Below, in pieces: positions 26,990 through 40,454 of a stretch of 64,000 bases of DNA (position 1 is its first letter; every line of letters begins with the position of its first letter). The notes beneath the pieces are model-generated. The model was not told where the DNA came from. It searched no databases and saw nothing but the letters and a program-made list of their open reading frames with translations. This DNA comes from Chiloscyllium plagiosum (Eukaryota): contig NC_057718.1 in NCBI RefSeq assembly GCF_004010195.1, forward strand, positions 85,760,283-85,824,282, in the 5' to 3' direction. The position numbers and the translations under genes are program-made.

Positions 26990-29900
26990 GATAGAGTCAT
27001 GCAGTCTCAAAGCTTGGACTCCAACTAGTCCATGCTGACCATGTTGCCAAAGTAAACTAGTCCCAACTGTCTGCACTTGGCCCATATGCCTCCAAACCTT
27101 TCCTATTCATGAACTTATCCAGATGCCTTTTAAACATTGTAACTGTCTGCATCTATCACTTTCTCTGGCAGTTCATTCCACATATGAACCACTCTCTAAA
27201 AACATTGCCCTCATGTCCTTTTTAGAACTTTCTCCTCTCACCTTAAAAATATGCCTCCTAGTTTTAAATGCCCCCACCCTCAGGAGAAGATCCTTGTCAT
27301 TCACCTTTGCCTATCATCCCTCATGATTTCATAGACTTCAATAAGGTTGCCCTTCAACTTCCTATGCTCCAGTGAAAACACTCCCAGCCTTTCCAGTCTA
27401 TTTTTAGATCTCAAACCCTCCAACATCCCAGTGCATCTTTTCTGAACTATCAGTTTGATAATATCTTTCCTAAAGCAGGGTGGCCAGAACTGTACACAGC
27501 ACTCCAGAAATCAGGACAGGACTTAGAAACACAAACATAGAAGATGGGAGCAGGAGGTGGCCATTCAGCCCTGAGAGCCTGCTTTGCCATTCATCATCAT
27601 GGCTGATTGTCCAACTCAATAGCCTAACTCAATAGCCCAATCCTGCTTTCTCCCTATTACCTTTGATCCCATTTGCCTGAAGTGAATCTAGCCACCCTTG
27701 AATACATTCAATGTTTTGGCATCAACTACCTGTGGCAATGAATTTCACAGGTTCTCACCACTCTTTGGGTGAAGAAATGTCTCATCTCCATCTTAAATAG
27801 TCCACCCCAAATCCCCTGGTTCTGGACATACCCACCATTGGGAACATCCTTCCTACATCCATCCAGTCTAGTCAAAGAATCAGTCATAGAGATGTACAAC
27901 ATGGAAACAGACTCTTTGGTCCAACCTGTCCATGCCGACCAGATAGCCCAACCCAATCTAGTCCCAGCTGCGAGCACCCAGCCCATATCCCTCCATCCCT
28001 TCCTATTCATATATCCATCCAGATGCCTTTTAAATGTTGCAATTGTACCAACCTCCACCACTTCCTCTGGCAGCTCACAGTGGCCCAGTGGTTAGCACTG
28101 CTCCCTCACAGCACCAGGGACCCAGGGTTCAATTCCCACCTCAGGCAACAGTCTGTGTGGAGTTTGCACATTCTCCATGTGTCTGCGTGGGGTTCCTCCG
28201 GTGCTCCCGTTTCTTCCCACAGTCCAAAGATGTGCAGGTTAGGTCAATTGGCCATGCTAAATTGCCTGTAGTGTAAGGTGAAGGGGTAAATGTAGGGGAA
28301 TGGGTCTGGGTGGGTTGCTCTTCGGAGCGTCAGTGTGGACTTGTTGGGCCGAAGGGCCTGTTTCCACACTAAGTAATCATACACGTACCACGAGTAATCA
28401 TTTCACGCCTGCATGAAAAAGTTGTCCCTTAGGTCTTTTATATCTTTCCCCTCTCACCCTAAACCTATGCCCTCTAGTTCTGGACACCCCAAACCCAGGG
28501 AAGAGACCTTGTCTCTTTATGCTATCCATGCACCTCATGATTTTATAAACCTCTATAAAGGTCACCCCTCAGCCCTGTTAGAATTTTATAAGTCTCTGAG
28601 ATTCCCTCCTCCTTACTCATTTGAATTCCAGCGAAAACAATCCCAGCCTAGTCAATCTCTCATAAGTCAGTCCTGCCATCCCTGGAATCAGCCTGGGAAA
28701 CCTTTGCTGGACTCCTTGGAATGCAAGAGCATCCTTTCTCAGAAAAGCAGACTAAATCTGCACTCAATATTCTACATATGGCCTCACCAAGACCCTATAG
28801 AACTGCAATGATACATCCCTGCTTCTGTACTCGAAACCTCATGCAATGAAGGCCAATATACCATTTGCCTTCTTTCCTGTCTGCTGCAGCTGCATGCTCA
28901 CCTTCACCAACTGGTACACGAGGACACCCAGGTCCCTCTGCATACTACCTGAATGGCTGTACATTGAGAGAGGGGAGTAAGCTGCCTTCTTGCTTTTGCT
29001 TCCAAAGTGAATACCTCGCATTTATCCAAAATTATTCTGCATCTGCCATTGATTTGCCCACTCACCCAAACTGTCTAGATCATGCTGAAGCATCTCTGCA
29101 TCCTTGTCACAGTTCACTCTCCCACCCAACTTGGTATCATCTGCAAACTTTGAGTTGTTACATTTAGTTCCCTCATCCAAATCATTAATATATATTGTGA
29201 GTACCTGGGGTCCCAGCACCAAGCCCTGTGGCACCCCACTAGTTACTTTCCTCCAATTTGAAAAGTAATGATAAATGTATAAAGTAAGGTCCTGGGGAAT
29301 GGTGCTGAACAACAACACGAGTGCACATTCATTGCTCCTTGAAATTGGAGTCTCAGGTAGACAGACTAGTGAAGGCGGTGTTTGGTATGCTTACCTTTCT
29401 TGGTCAGAGTACTGAGTACAGGAGTTGGGAGGTCATGTTGCAGCTGTACAGGACATTGGTTAGGCCATTTTTGGAATATTGCGTGCAATTCTGGTCTTCC
29501 TGCTACAAAGAAGGATGTTGTGAGGGTTTAGAAAAGATTTACAAGGATGTTGACAGGTTTGCAGGGTTTGAGCTATAGGGAGAGGCTGAATAGGCTGGGG
29601 CAGTTTTCCCTGGAGCTTCAGAGATTGAGCGGAGGTTGATAAAATCATGAGGGGCATGGATAGGGTAAATAGACAAGGTCTTTTCTCTGGGGTTGGGGAG
29701 TCTAAAACTAGAAGGCATAGGTTTAGGTGAAGGGGGAAAAGATTTAAAAGGGACCTAAGGGACAACTTTTTCACGCAGAGTGTGATACATTTATGGAATG
29801 AGCTGCCAGAGGAAGTGGTACAGACTGGTACAATTACAACATTTAAAAGGTTCTGGATAGGTATACGAATAGAAGCAATTCACAGGGATATGGGCCAAAT

Positions 29901-30150
29901 GATGGCAAATGGGACTAGATTTCTTTCTGATATTGGGTCGGCATGGGCGAGTTGGATCGAAAGGTCTGTTTCCATGCAATACAGCTCTATGACTCTAAGA
30001 GGTCTCACCAACAGTCCTCTTCAACCTCAATATGATGTCCCAACTCCTATACTCAAATGTCTGAGCAATGTAGGCAAGCGTGCTAAACACCACCTTAATC
30101 ACCCTGCCTACCTACCTGGGCCACAAATTTCAAAAGAATTGTGTGTTTGA
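26990..30150. mobile_element. Nested cluster of four CR1 LINE fragments and one HE1 SINE
   Basis: CR1(-) about 26990-27508/29998-30150; CR1(+) about 27508-27526/29264-29997; CR1(-) about 27527-27875/28576-29263; CR1(-) 3' end about 27880-28075/28379-28575; HE1(+) about 28076-28378. The interrupted halves rejoin colinearly. Confidence 0.85.
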
Positions 30151-31009
30151 ACCCCTCAGTCGCTCTCTCTCCCCAAATCTGTGGATGATTATGGGTTGGG
30201 AACAGTGATACTGTGTCTAGGAGGTTGCAACCACTGAGACAGAGGGCTTTAGGATCTAGTGGTGTAATAAGTCTGAGGAGAGAGATCCGGAGGTCCAATA
30301 GTGTAAAAAGCAACCTGGGAGCATGGGATGGTAGTATGTTCCAATATTGTTGGCAAAGGAAGATCTATTATCCTCTTGGGAGAATGGAACTCAGGAGAAT
30401 GGGACCCAAATTGTTAGTGACACTTATCAAGCTATCAGATTAACAGTACATTGAACATTTTCCTCGTGAGTGGTGGGTGTCCATATTTATGTTGCTGCTT
30501 TTAAGCATTTAAGGATTTTTTCCTTAAATTAGTGAATAGAAAAGAGCTTTATTCATACAGCACCTCTAGACATCCCAAACCGCTTTACAAATAAAGATGT
30601 TCTATTGAAGTGTACCCATTATTGATACAAGAGAGATTTGGAAAGGTTTTTAAAAAGATTTTCAATGAGTTAAAAATTCAAGCAGGGCTTTCACAGTTAC
30701 AAAGGATTGAGTCAGCCAATTATTAATCTGCTGTCAAAAACCAGCCTTTCCTTTTAAAAAAAAATCACTTGCCATTTTGTTTAAAAAAGGATCAAATGCT
30801 GCCTTTAATTTAACTCCCGTCATTCCTGAGATCAGACAATGTACAGGGTGATTTCCTCTGAACCTGACTGGTTCTATAAGAGAGGGAGAGTGGGTAACGA
30901 GAGCTCAGTAAAGGGGAGGCAAGTGAATGGTAGTAAAGGTGCATCGGGTGGGTGATGGAGAGCGAGGTGGTGAGGGCTTAAGGCAAACCAACACAGACAG
31001 AGTTGTAGG

Positions 31010-31212
31010 GTGAAAGTGAGGACTGCAGATGTTGAAGATTAGAGTCGAGAGTGTGGTGCTGGAAAAGCACAGGTCAGGCAGCATCTGAGGAGCAGGAGAA
31101 TCGACATTTCGGGCAAACTCCTGATGAAGGGCTTTTGCCCAAAATATCGATCTTCCTGCTCCTGTGATGTTGCCGGACTTGCTGTGCTTTTCCAGCACCA
31201 TACCCTTGATTC
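31010..31212 (+). mobile_element. Palindromic PLE terminal-repeat derivative (family 1) with a central hammerhead
   Basis: About 31042-31117 is the imperfect reverse complement of about 31134-31203; CTGATGA-A-GGGC-TTTT-GCCC-AAAATATC-GA at 31121-31150. Confidence 0.8.
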
Positions 31213-31295
31213 GTTGATGGGTGCATGGCAGAGGTGGCATAAACTGTGCAGTTTCTGGCGAATGCTCTGGGTGCCAGCTACAATAAGCACATATA

Positions 31296-31608
31296 GGGCA
31301 GCACGGTAGCACAGTGGTTAGCACTGCTGCCTCACAGCTCCAGAGACCCGGGTTCAATTCCCGCCTCAGGCGACTGACTGTGTGGAGTTTGCACGTTCTC
31401 CCCGTGTCTGCCTGGGTTTCCTCCGGGTGCTCCGGTTTCCTCCCACAGTCCAAAGATGTGCAGGTCAGGTGAATTGGCCATGCTAAATTGCCCATAGTGT
31501 TAGGTAAGGGGTAAATGTAGGGGGTATGGGTGGGTTGCGCTTCGGCGGGGCGGTGTGGACTTGTTGGGCCGAAGGGCCTGTTTCCACACTAAGTAATCTA
31601 ATCTAATC
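31296..31608 (+). mobile_element. Near-intact HE1/V-SINE
   Basis: GGGCAGCACGG start, A box TAGCACAGTGG, B box GGTTCAATTCC, V domain, many CpGs retained, (TAATC)3 tail. Confidence 0.93.
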
Positions 31609-33131
31609 GCGGTTTGTGACTCTGGCCTGGTTGGCGTTGGGAGTTACAATATGGTCGACGGGTAGAGCTGATAATCAAACTGTGCCTTCTCAAACTGCTG
31701 TTGCCCTCTCAATGTCGAGTTTTGAATCGGTTTCAATTGACCAGAATGGAAGCAGATTGCACAACATCACTACGCTCCATGTGAAGAAGCTACGATGTTA
31801 CTTACTTTCATTTCAGGGACAAACAGGGTCTCTGTCAAGCTGTGGGTAACTAATACTAGAGGCTTGAAATATTTCCAATTAGGGTTGCATGCAGAAAATT
31901 CACAAACCTATTGCTGTGATGCCTCAGTGCACAGTGCTTGCAGAAAGTTATTTCCTTTGAGGTTCTTAGACTGCAATTTAATATAGTCCTGAATTTTACA
32001 GTGTTATCTACCTTAATTGTAATGCAATCCTAGGGACCAGTCCTATAACGCACAAAGTGCCAGGCTGCACACCCACAATACAACACAAAAATCAAACTGC
32101 ATCCGATAGCTTTAGAAGAGACTTTACAATTATCTTTAATGAGAGTTACTGCTGACCATCTAAATATTACTGACAACACTGTACCTCCCCCTCAGAAATA
32201 CCAGTCAGATTCACCTAAAGTAATCGCTTGCTTGCATGCAGTAGAATGGTTGTCAGAGTTATTCCCTGTTTTATACACAAAGGGTTCACTGAAATGAAAT
32301 GTGACTGATGCCAAAAATCCTGGGATGATGACAAAAAAAAAATGTAGTGGAAAGATGCAGGAGGTTGGGTTGTCAATGTAACATTTAAACGACTCTCTTT
32401 CAGTCATTTCAGTGAAGATCTCTGTTCCTACTCTGCAAACCAGGCTGTGGGGTGAATACGGCCTGTTAACAAGGAGACGGATAAAGCAATGGTTAGAATT
32501 TTCTAATCATAAATAGACCAAGAGGAGAAACGACTTTTCATTGTTTATGTGAAAAAACAAAGCTGCAGCTTACTGTTCCTGTTTCAATAGTCACAGGGAC
32601 CACCCAATCAAAAACTGGGGGGCTAACTTTCAAAGGATCTTAATGGTCAGCCTGTTATTACATTTAACCTAAGTTGCAGTTAATGCTAATAGTCATTATC
32701 CACTGCTCTCAACTCCTCTTGTCCATGAGGGGATAAATGTATATGGCATAATCACAACAAAAGCATCCACGTCTTGTAAGGGGTGTATCTTCAACTGTTG
32801 CCGATCACTACCACCTTGACAACATGTGATGCATTAATCCCATGACTTATACAGATAGCAGTTGTAATCTACTTAGTCCCAAGTATATACTCTCATTTCC
32901 GAGTGAAGAACACACCTTGTTTCATCTGTCCTGTGATTGGATTTGATGTCAAAGAGAACAACGTATCATGTTGGCAGCATGTCTTTCTGAAGATTTGACT
33001 ATTAGCCTCAACCTTTCAAACATTGTAGAAGAACAGGTATGGAAGGGAAATGACTAGCAAGTTCCAGTTCACCATGCATTAGCAGTTCAGGAGCTCTGTA
33101 CATACCTGCCTATCATTCCTTATTTAGACCC

Positions 33132-34018
33132 ATAGAGTCATGGAGATGTACAGCACAGAAACAGACTCTTTGGTCCAACTCATCCATTCCAACCAGATAT
33201 CCTAAATAAATCTAGTCCCATTTGCCAACATTTGGCCCACATTCACCTAAACCTTTCCTATTCATAAAACCATCCCGGTGCCTTTTAAATTGGATCAGCC
33301 TCTTAGTTCCTCTAGTAACTCATTCCATACATGCACCACCCTCTGCATGAAAAAGTTGCCCCTTAGGTCCCTTTTAAATCTTTCGGCTCTCACCCTAAAC
33401 CTATGCCCTCTAGTTTTGGACTCCCCCAGCCGTCTATTTACTCTATCCGTGCCCCTCATGATCTTACAAGCCTCTATAAGGTCTCCCCTCAGCCTCTGAA
33501 GCTCCAGGGAAAACAGCCTCAGCCTATTCAGCCTCTCCCTGTAGCTCAAATCCTCCAATCCTGGCAACATCCTTGTAAATCTTTTCTGAACCTTTTCAAG
33601 TTTTACAACATCCTTCCTATAGCAGGGAAATCAGAGTTGCACACAGTATTTCAACAGGGGCCTAACCAATGTCCTGTCCAACTGCATCATGACCTCCCAA
33701 CTCCTATATTCAATGCACTGACCAATAAAGGAAAGCATACTAAATGCCTTCTTCACTATCCTATCTACCTGCAGTTCAAGGAGCTATGAACCTGCACTGC
33801 AAGGTCTCTTTGTTCAGCAACACTTCCCAGGACCTTACCAGTGTAAATGTCCTGCCCTGATTTGCCTTTCCAAAATGCAGCACCACACATTTATCTAAAT
33901 TAAACTCCATCTACCACTCCTCAGCCCATTGACTCATCTGATCAAGATCCTGTTGCACTCTGGGGTAACCTTTCTCTGTGCCTACCACACCTCCAATTTT
34001 GATGTCATCTGCAAACTT
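33132..34018 (-). mobile_element. CR1/HER1-type LINE 3' part
   Basis: ORF 33295-33570 (LPGLEDLSYRERL..RLRGDLIE..TRGHRF); ends at KFADD; tail atagagtca on +. Confidence 0.93.
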
Positions 34019-35032
34019 CTTGGATCACAACTCACTCTAAGCAATAGGTCAGGCCCCAGTAACTTGTTTAAACCTGTAACAGATTAAGAGGTATATGTTT
34101 ATCTATTGTGAAGTTTAAGCAGTATTAAATAGCTCACTCTGGAAAATCTAATTTTAAGCAGAACTCATTGGCATGGAGACTCCATTATTATTGCTTAAAT
34201 ATAGTCATATCATGACTGACTAATATCTTCCAATGCCATGTCTACCTGATCTCTCTCTGGCAATAAGGAATCAAACCAATTATTTAATACTTCTCTTGTT
34301 TCACAATCATTACATGGAATTTTATCCAACACATCCTCTTGCAGCCCTATTCCAATTTTCATTTTGTACATTATTAATACAAAATATATTATTTGTTTGC
34401 TTTATGCTTCCTGCCTTCCTATTAACTGTTTTAAATGTCTCTAATTTTCATTGCTCCCTTGTCCATTCTCACCCCTTTTGTCCATGTCCTTGCCATCGCT
34501 TTTCCCTGTTTGTATATTCAGCCCTTGATTATAATTAGTATTTCTTTTTTCTTGTTTTTAAACATCAGAACTTATTTTTTCAATGGAAACTGAACAGTCT
34601 AAAATGTTACTGATCATTGTTCCCCATCATTGTTTGCTAATTTTTTTTCATTTTATTTGCAGTTCTATTTTGAGTTCCTTAAAATAAACTTTTCACCAAT
34701 TTATTACCTTGGACCGGTCTTTCTCAATTATTACCTTGAAGCATATTGCATTAAGCCCATTATTGTCTAGTTGTTCCCTGCTTTAACTTTACTCATCTAC
34801 TTTGGTTAATTCTCCCTTAAAATATTCAATAGCAAATGTTCCTTTGCTGAGAGTTTTGGGTTTAGAAAGGTGTCTGAAAACACATTAGAGATTTAATTCT
34901 CTTACAGGCATCAATGGAAACAGAAATAGCATCGGCAATTCAGTCTCTCAATCACTGCTCTGACTTTCAATTAGATCATAGTTGATCTTCCACCTCAATT
35001 TCCATTTCCTGCACTATTCCCATTCCCTTCAT

Positions 35033-35405
35033 TGAGTCATAGAGATGTACAGCATGGAAATAGACCCTTCGGTCCAACTCGTCCATGCAGACCAGATATC
35101 CTAACCTAATCTAGTCCCATTTACCAGGACTTGACCCATATTCCTCTAAACCCTTCCTATTCATGTACTCATTCAGATGCCTTTTAAATACTGCAACTAT
35201 ACCAGCCTCCACTACTTCCTCTGGCAGCTCATTCCATACACGCACCACCCTCTATGTCAAAATGTTGCCCCTTAGGAGCCTTTTATACCTTTCCCCTGTC
35301 ACCCTAAACCTCTGCCCTCTAGTTCTGGGCTCCCCCACCCCAGGGAAAAGGTTTTCTCTATTTACCCTATACATGCCTATGAGGTCACCCCTCAGCCTTC
35401 GATGG
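35033..35405 (-). mobile_element. CR1 3' end inserted in an older CR1 3' end (about 34905-35560)
   Basis: gagtcatagagatgtacagcatggaaatagacccttcggtcc tail; nearly the same as 33132-33500. Confidence 0.88.
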
Positions 35406-36429
35406 TCCAGTCTATATCTTTCATATCTTGTTTCAATTTGCTCACTGACTGATCTCCATAGGCTTCAAGGTAGAGAATTCAAAACATTGCCATCCTCTGG
35501 GTGATTAGGTTCCTCCCCATCTGAGCCATGAATGAGCTCCCTCTCATTCTGAGACTGTGCCCCCCGACCAAAGACAAGTAACTGAACAGTTCAGCATCCA
35601 GACAAATTGGTAAATTATTTCATCAATAACCACTACAGAGTATTGGTAAACTTTGACTACTGATCTTTGAAATCAGGATTCATAAGATACACAACTGTTG
35701 CTGGAATTATTGTTGAGTCTTTATCAGATTTATTGCAGCCTAAGGTTCATTTTGGACAAAGCTAGTCAAGTTGTGTGGAAGAAGAAACTGAAGAGGTGAG
35801 GGGGTAACATACTCTTGAGAGAAAAAGAACCTATCTACTCGACAAGGTGCAAATAGCCTACTTACACATTTGACCAGCCAATGCAAGACTAGGCACAACA
35901 GCAGATATGAAGAGTTAGTGCCAATGGAACAAAACAAGCCTCACAAACAAACAGTGCCCAGCTATGGTAAACAAAATGCTATATCTGAAACTACAGGTTA
36001 TTTTCATATTTAAGATACAAGGCTTGGGGCAGGGAAAAGCCAAATGCTTAGGAGATTAATGTGATAGCACCTCCAGTTCTGGAAAAGATATCAGAGGCAT
36101 TCCAAAGGGAAATTAGTTGTTCAACTGATCCAGGTTTGATAGATAGTTTGACAGGTTTGAAGGGCTATGAACCAAAGGCAGGTATATGGTGTTAGGCCAC
36201 AGATCAGACATGATCTCATTGAATGTTGTAGAACAGGCTTGAGGGGCTGAAAGGCCGACTCCTGTTCCTACATAATCCTAAGATGGTAAGAGTAACCAAA
36301 GTTGCCCGAAAGAAACAAACATTCTGAACAAAAATGAGCAGTACAACCCACTTGAGCTCAGCAAGGAATCAACTGAAGTTGATCAGACGGTGAATAGACT
36401 TGTAAACAAATTGGTTTAAACTGATACAA

Positions 36430-38490
36430 GCTTAAAAATAAAGGTTCTGGATGGAAGTGTTGAAAGATGTCACCAATAGTGCTATCAAGCAGCACCTGCT
36501 CAGCAATAACCTGCTTCCTGGCAGCCAGTTTGGGTTCTGTTGGAGCCACTCAGCTCCTGGGTTCATACATGAACAAAACAGCTGAATTCCAGAGGTGAGG
36601 TATATTAAGGCCATATTTTACTGTTGCCACCTAGAAACCCTAGCAAAGCTAGAATTAATGGAAATCTGGGGCAAACACTCCACTGGTTGGAGTCATACCA
36701 CATAGGAAAATGATTGTGGTTGCTGGAGGTCAGTCAGCTCAGCTCCAGGAGTTCCTCAGGGTACTGTCCGAGACCCAACCATCTTCAGCTGCAATGACCT
36801 TCCCTCCATAAGGGGTCAGAAGTGGGAATGTTTGCTGATGATTGTACAATGATCAGCAACATTCACAATTCCACAGATATTGGAGCAGTTCATGTTCAAA
36901 TGCACCAAGTTCTGGACAATATCCAGGTTTGGACTGATAAGTGGGAAGTAACACTCCATCTAGCCAAATGCCAAACAATGGCTATCTCCAATAAGTGATA
37001 AAACATAGAGAACAATACAGCACAGAACAGGCCCTTCGGCCCTTGATGTTGCACTGACCTGTGAACTATTCTCAGCTCGTTCCCCCTACACTATCCCAAA
37101 ATCATCCATGTGCTTATCCAAGGATTGTTTAAATCTCCCTAGTGTGGCTGAGTTGACTACATTAGCAGGTAGGGCATTCCACGTCCTTACCACTCAGTCA
37201 AAAACCTGCCTCTGACATCGGTCTTAAATCTATCACTCAATTTGTAGTTATGCCCCCTCGTACACGCTGACATCATCCTAGGAAAAAAGACTTTCACGGT
37301 CTACCCTATCTAATCCTCTGATCATCTTGTAGGTCTCTATCAAATCCCCTCTTAGCCTTCTTCTTGCCAATGAGAACAGGTTCAAGTCTCTCAGCCTTTC
37401 CTCATAAGACTTTCCCTCCAGACCAGGCAACATCCTGGTAAATCTCCTCTGCACCTTTTCCAATGTTTCCACATCCTTCCTGAAATATGGCGACCAGAAC
37501 TGTACACAATATTCCAAGTGTGGCCGCACCAGCGTTTTGTATAGTTGCAGCATGATATTGCGGCTCCGGAACTCAATCCCTCTACGAATGAAACCTAGCA
37601 CACCGTATGCCTTCTTAACGGCACTATCCACCTGGTGGCAACTTTCTGGGATTTATGTACATGGACTCCAAGATCCCTCTGCACATCCACACTACCAAGA
37701 ATCTTTCCATCGACCCAATAGTCTACCTTCCTGTTATTCTTCCCAAAGTGCATCACCTCACATTTAACTGCACTGAACTCTATAGATGATCTAACCATCA
37801 CCCTCTGACATTCAATGGTGTCACTATCACTGAATCCCCCACTATCAACATTCTGGACCAGAAACCCAGCTGCACTCACCACACAAACACTTTGGCTATA
37901 AGAGCAAGATGGAAGTTAGTAATTCTGCAGTGAGTAACTCATCTCCTGACTCCCTGAAGGCTGTCCACCATCTGGAAGTCAGGAGTGTAATGGAATACTC
38001 CCTACTTGCCTGGACGAATGCAGCTCCACCAGAACTCAAGAAGCTTGACACCATCCAGGACAATGCAGCATGATTGGCACCACATTCACAAACATCCATG
38101 CACCCCCCCCCACCACCAATGCTCAGTAGGAGCAGTGTGTACTACCTACAAGTTGCACTGCAGAAATTCACCAAAGATCCTTAGACAGTACCTTCCAGCT
38201 CCATAACCACTTCCATCTAGAAGGACAAGGGCAGCAGATACATAGGAACTTCAGCCATTACAAAGATCCTCTTCAAGCCACTCACCGATCTGACTTGGAA
38301 ATATATCACTGCTCCTTCACTGACGAAGGGTCAAATCCTTGAATTCCCTCCGTAAAGACATTGTGGATCAACCTATAGCACATGGTCTGCTGTGGTTCAA
38401 GAAGGCAACTCCTTACTAGGGCAAATAGAGATGGGCAATAAATGCTGGCCAGCCAGTGACGCCCATGTCTACGACAGAATTGAAAGTAAG
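36430..38490 (+). mobile_element. LINE (CR1/L2 group) RT plus 3' UTR, interrupted by another CR1
   Basis: GVPQGTV..PTIF and MFADDCT motifs; tail gggcaataaatgctggccagccagtgacgccca shared with the SINEs at 49112 and 50015. Confidence 0.8.
37003..37780 (-). mobile_element. Young CR1 LINE 3' part
   Basis: ORF 37278-37631 (LYKTLVRPHLEYCVQFWSP..VQRRFTRMLPGL..RLRGDLIETYK) is little degraded. Confidence 0.93.
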
Positions 38491-39514
38491 TGTCAGACAA
38501 TATTTGGTAAATACCATTTCTCTAATGCCACAGATGACGATATGAAAATTCCTAGTCAACCAGGAAGCCAGACTAACATCCAAGGATTCAAGACATGATT
38601 GAGAATAATATCCTGGTCTGAGAAGCTAGGTTATTACTATATGTTTCAACAGAGCAGCCATCTTCCATGATGGACATCAATAAAAGATTAAAGGTCCTAC
38701 AAATGAGGTTATGTGGAAACTAGCTGAGATCACAGGGAAAGATTCAACTGTACAGGGGGAGGAGAAAATTAAGGGTCCTCCAGATAAGGGATGGGACCAA
38801 CTATTGAGTTTAATAGGAATGATATCCTCCATAAAGATAAAAGATCTCTAACTGGGAAATGATTTACAGTGAATCAGTATCAAGGTCTTCATTTCTCAGG
38901 TCAAAGCCCAGACAATCTTCCAACTCCAATTCTGGAAGAACTGCCCGAGTTTGTGAAGTCAGAGACAAGAGGAAAGCTGGGATGTGGTAAATATTATCTG
39001 TAAGGAAAAGAGAGGTCCACATTATACAGTGTAATGGCTAGGAAAGGTTTCATTTTTGTGATGGAGTACCATATGTGGCTCCTGTTAAAATTTAGACAAC
39101 TTAGTTAGGCATAAGTGCAGTTTGTATCTACTTCTATGATGCAGGAAAGTGAATTTTGTTAATACTCATGAACGTTTCCTTTTCAACCCCCCCAACAGGT
39201 TCTTAGACTTAAAAAGGAAGATTAAGAGCTGTTGTGACACAATGGTTCCAGTCCCACCTGCTCCAGAGGTTTGTGATAACATATTGATCAGAGAAAATAT
39301 CTAGAAAGAGAGTTAGTGTAAGTACTCTACTCCAACTTTAATCTGCTAGTGGATGATGCTGCAGATATGTGATAGGTTCGAGACTCTCCAGCTAGGGAAA
39401 CATCCTTCTTGCATCTACCTTGTCAAGCTCTGCTGGTGTTTGATATACTTATCACCTTAACTACCTCTTCTGGCCAACTAATTTCAGGATTGTTGAAATT
39501 GGCCAATGACATCT

Positions 39515-39838
39515 TCTATTAACCATTTTTTTAGATGTGACATTAAACTGAGATTCCCCCTGCCCTTTCAGATGAACATTAAAGATCCTGTACTTGACTA
39601 TTTCAGAGATGAGCAGGGGAGGTATCCCAGTGTCCTGGCCAATCATTATCAATCAACATCACAATAAAGGTCATCTAGTCATGTGTGCTCCATAGAGGTT
39701 TGCTGTGTGTAAATTGGCAGCTGTGTTTCCGACATTACCATCGGGACTGTACATCAAATATTATTGCATTGGCTGTAAGGCATTTTGTGAAGTCTGTCAT
39801 TTGTGAAAAGTGCTATATAAATGCTAGCCTGTCTTTCT
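39515..39838 (+). mobile_element. Deu-domain SINE
   Basis: agatgtgacattaaactgag...cattaaagatcc...gtgtcctggccaat...gtgctatataaatgc. Confidence 0.75.
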
Positions 39839-40059
39839 TTTGATTTCCCTGCATATTTCTTCCTTCACCTCCCTTCATTATTAGGTAATCTGCAGAATAC
39901 ACATATTATCCTTTTTTTTTTAGAAAGAAGTCTCCACCAATATAGACTCTATTTCCCGTTTACAGATTATGCCACTCATTTTATTGCAATTATGTTTTCT
40001 GTTACAAATACTCTTCCCTCATCTCCTCTTTCTCCCCTCCTTGCCTTTATAAATAAATT

Positions 40060-40282
40060 ATGCCTCTCAGCGCTGGGGGCGTGGGTTCAATTCCACCGGC
40101 AGGCAATTGTCTGTGTGCAGTTTGCTACATTGCCCGTAGTGTCCAGGGATGTGCAGGCCAGTTGGATTAGTCATAGGAAATGCCAGATAATAGGGTAGGG
40201 GGCTGGATACGATGCTCTTTGGACGGTCAGTATGGAATCGATGGGCTGATGGCCTGCTTCCACACTGCAGGGGTTCCATGAC
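40060..40282 (+). mobile_element. HE1/V-SINE, internally deleted
   Basis: B box gggttcaattcc; tail ggcctgcttccacactgcagggg. Confidence 0.75.
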
Positions 40283-40454
40283 TATTTTCGTAACTGTGTC
40301 TCCGTAATTGTTATTCCATTTGGCTTCTTGCAATATATCAAAGCTTCTACTTTCCCATTCTGTTAAGGACACTGTGTACAAAGCTGTATATGGATGACTT
40401 AACTCATTTTAACAGCAGTCTGTTTTGCTTTACTTTTAACGATTTTTTTTATAT

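Noticed and set aside
31296..31370. tRNA gene
   Set aside because: A and B boxes are present, but this is the tRNA-derived head of an HE1 SINE followed by the V domain and LINE tail.
30905..31495. 196-aa ORF
   Set aside because: Antisense read-through of an HE1 SINE and the palindromic PLE repeat; similar peptides recur at other HE1 copies.
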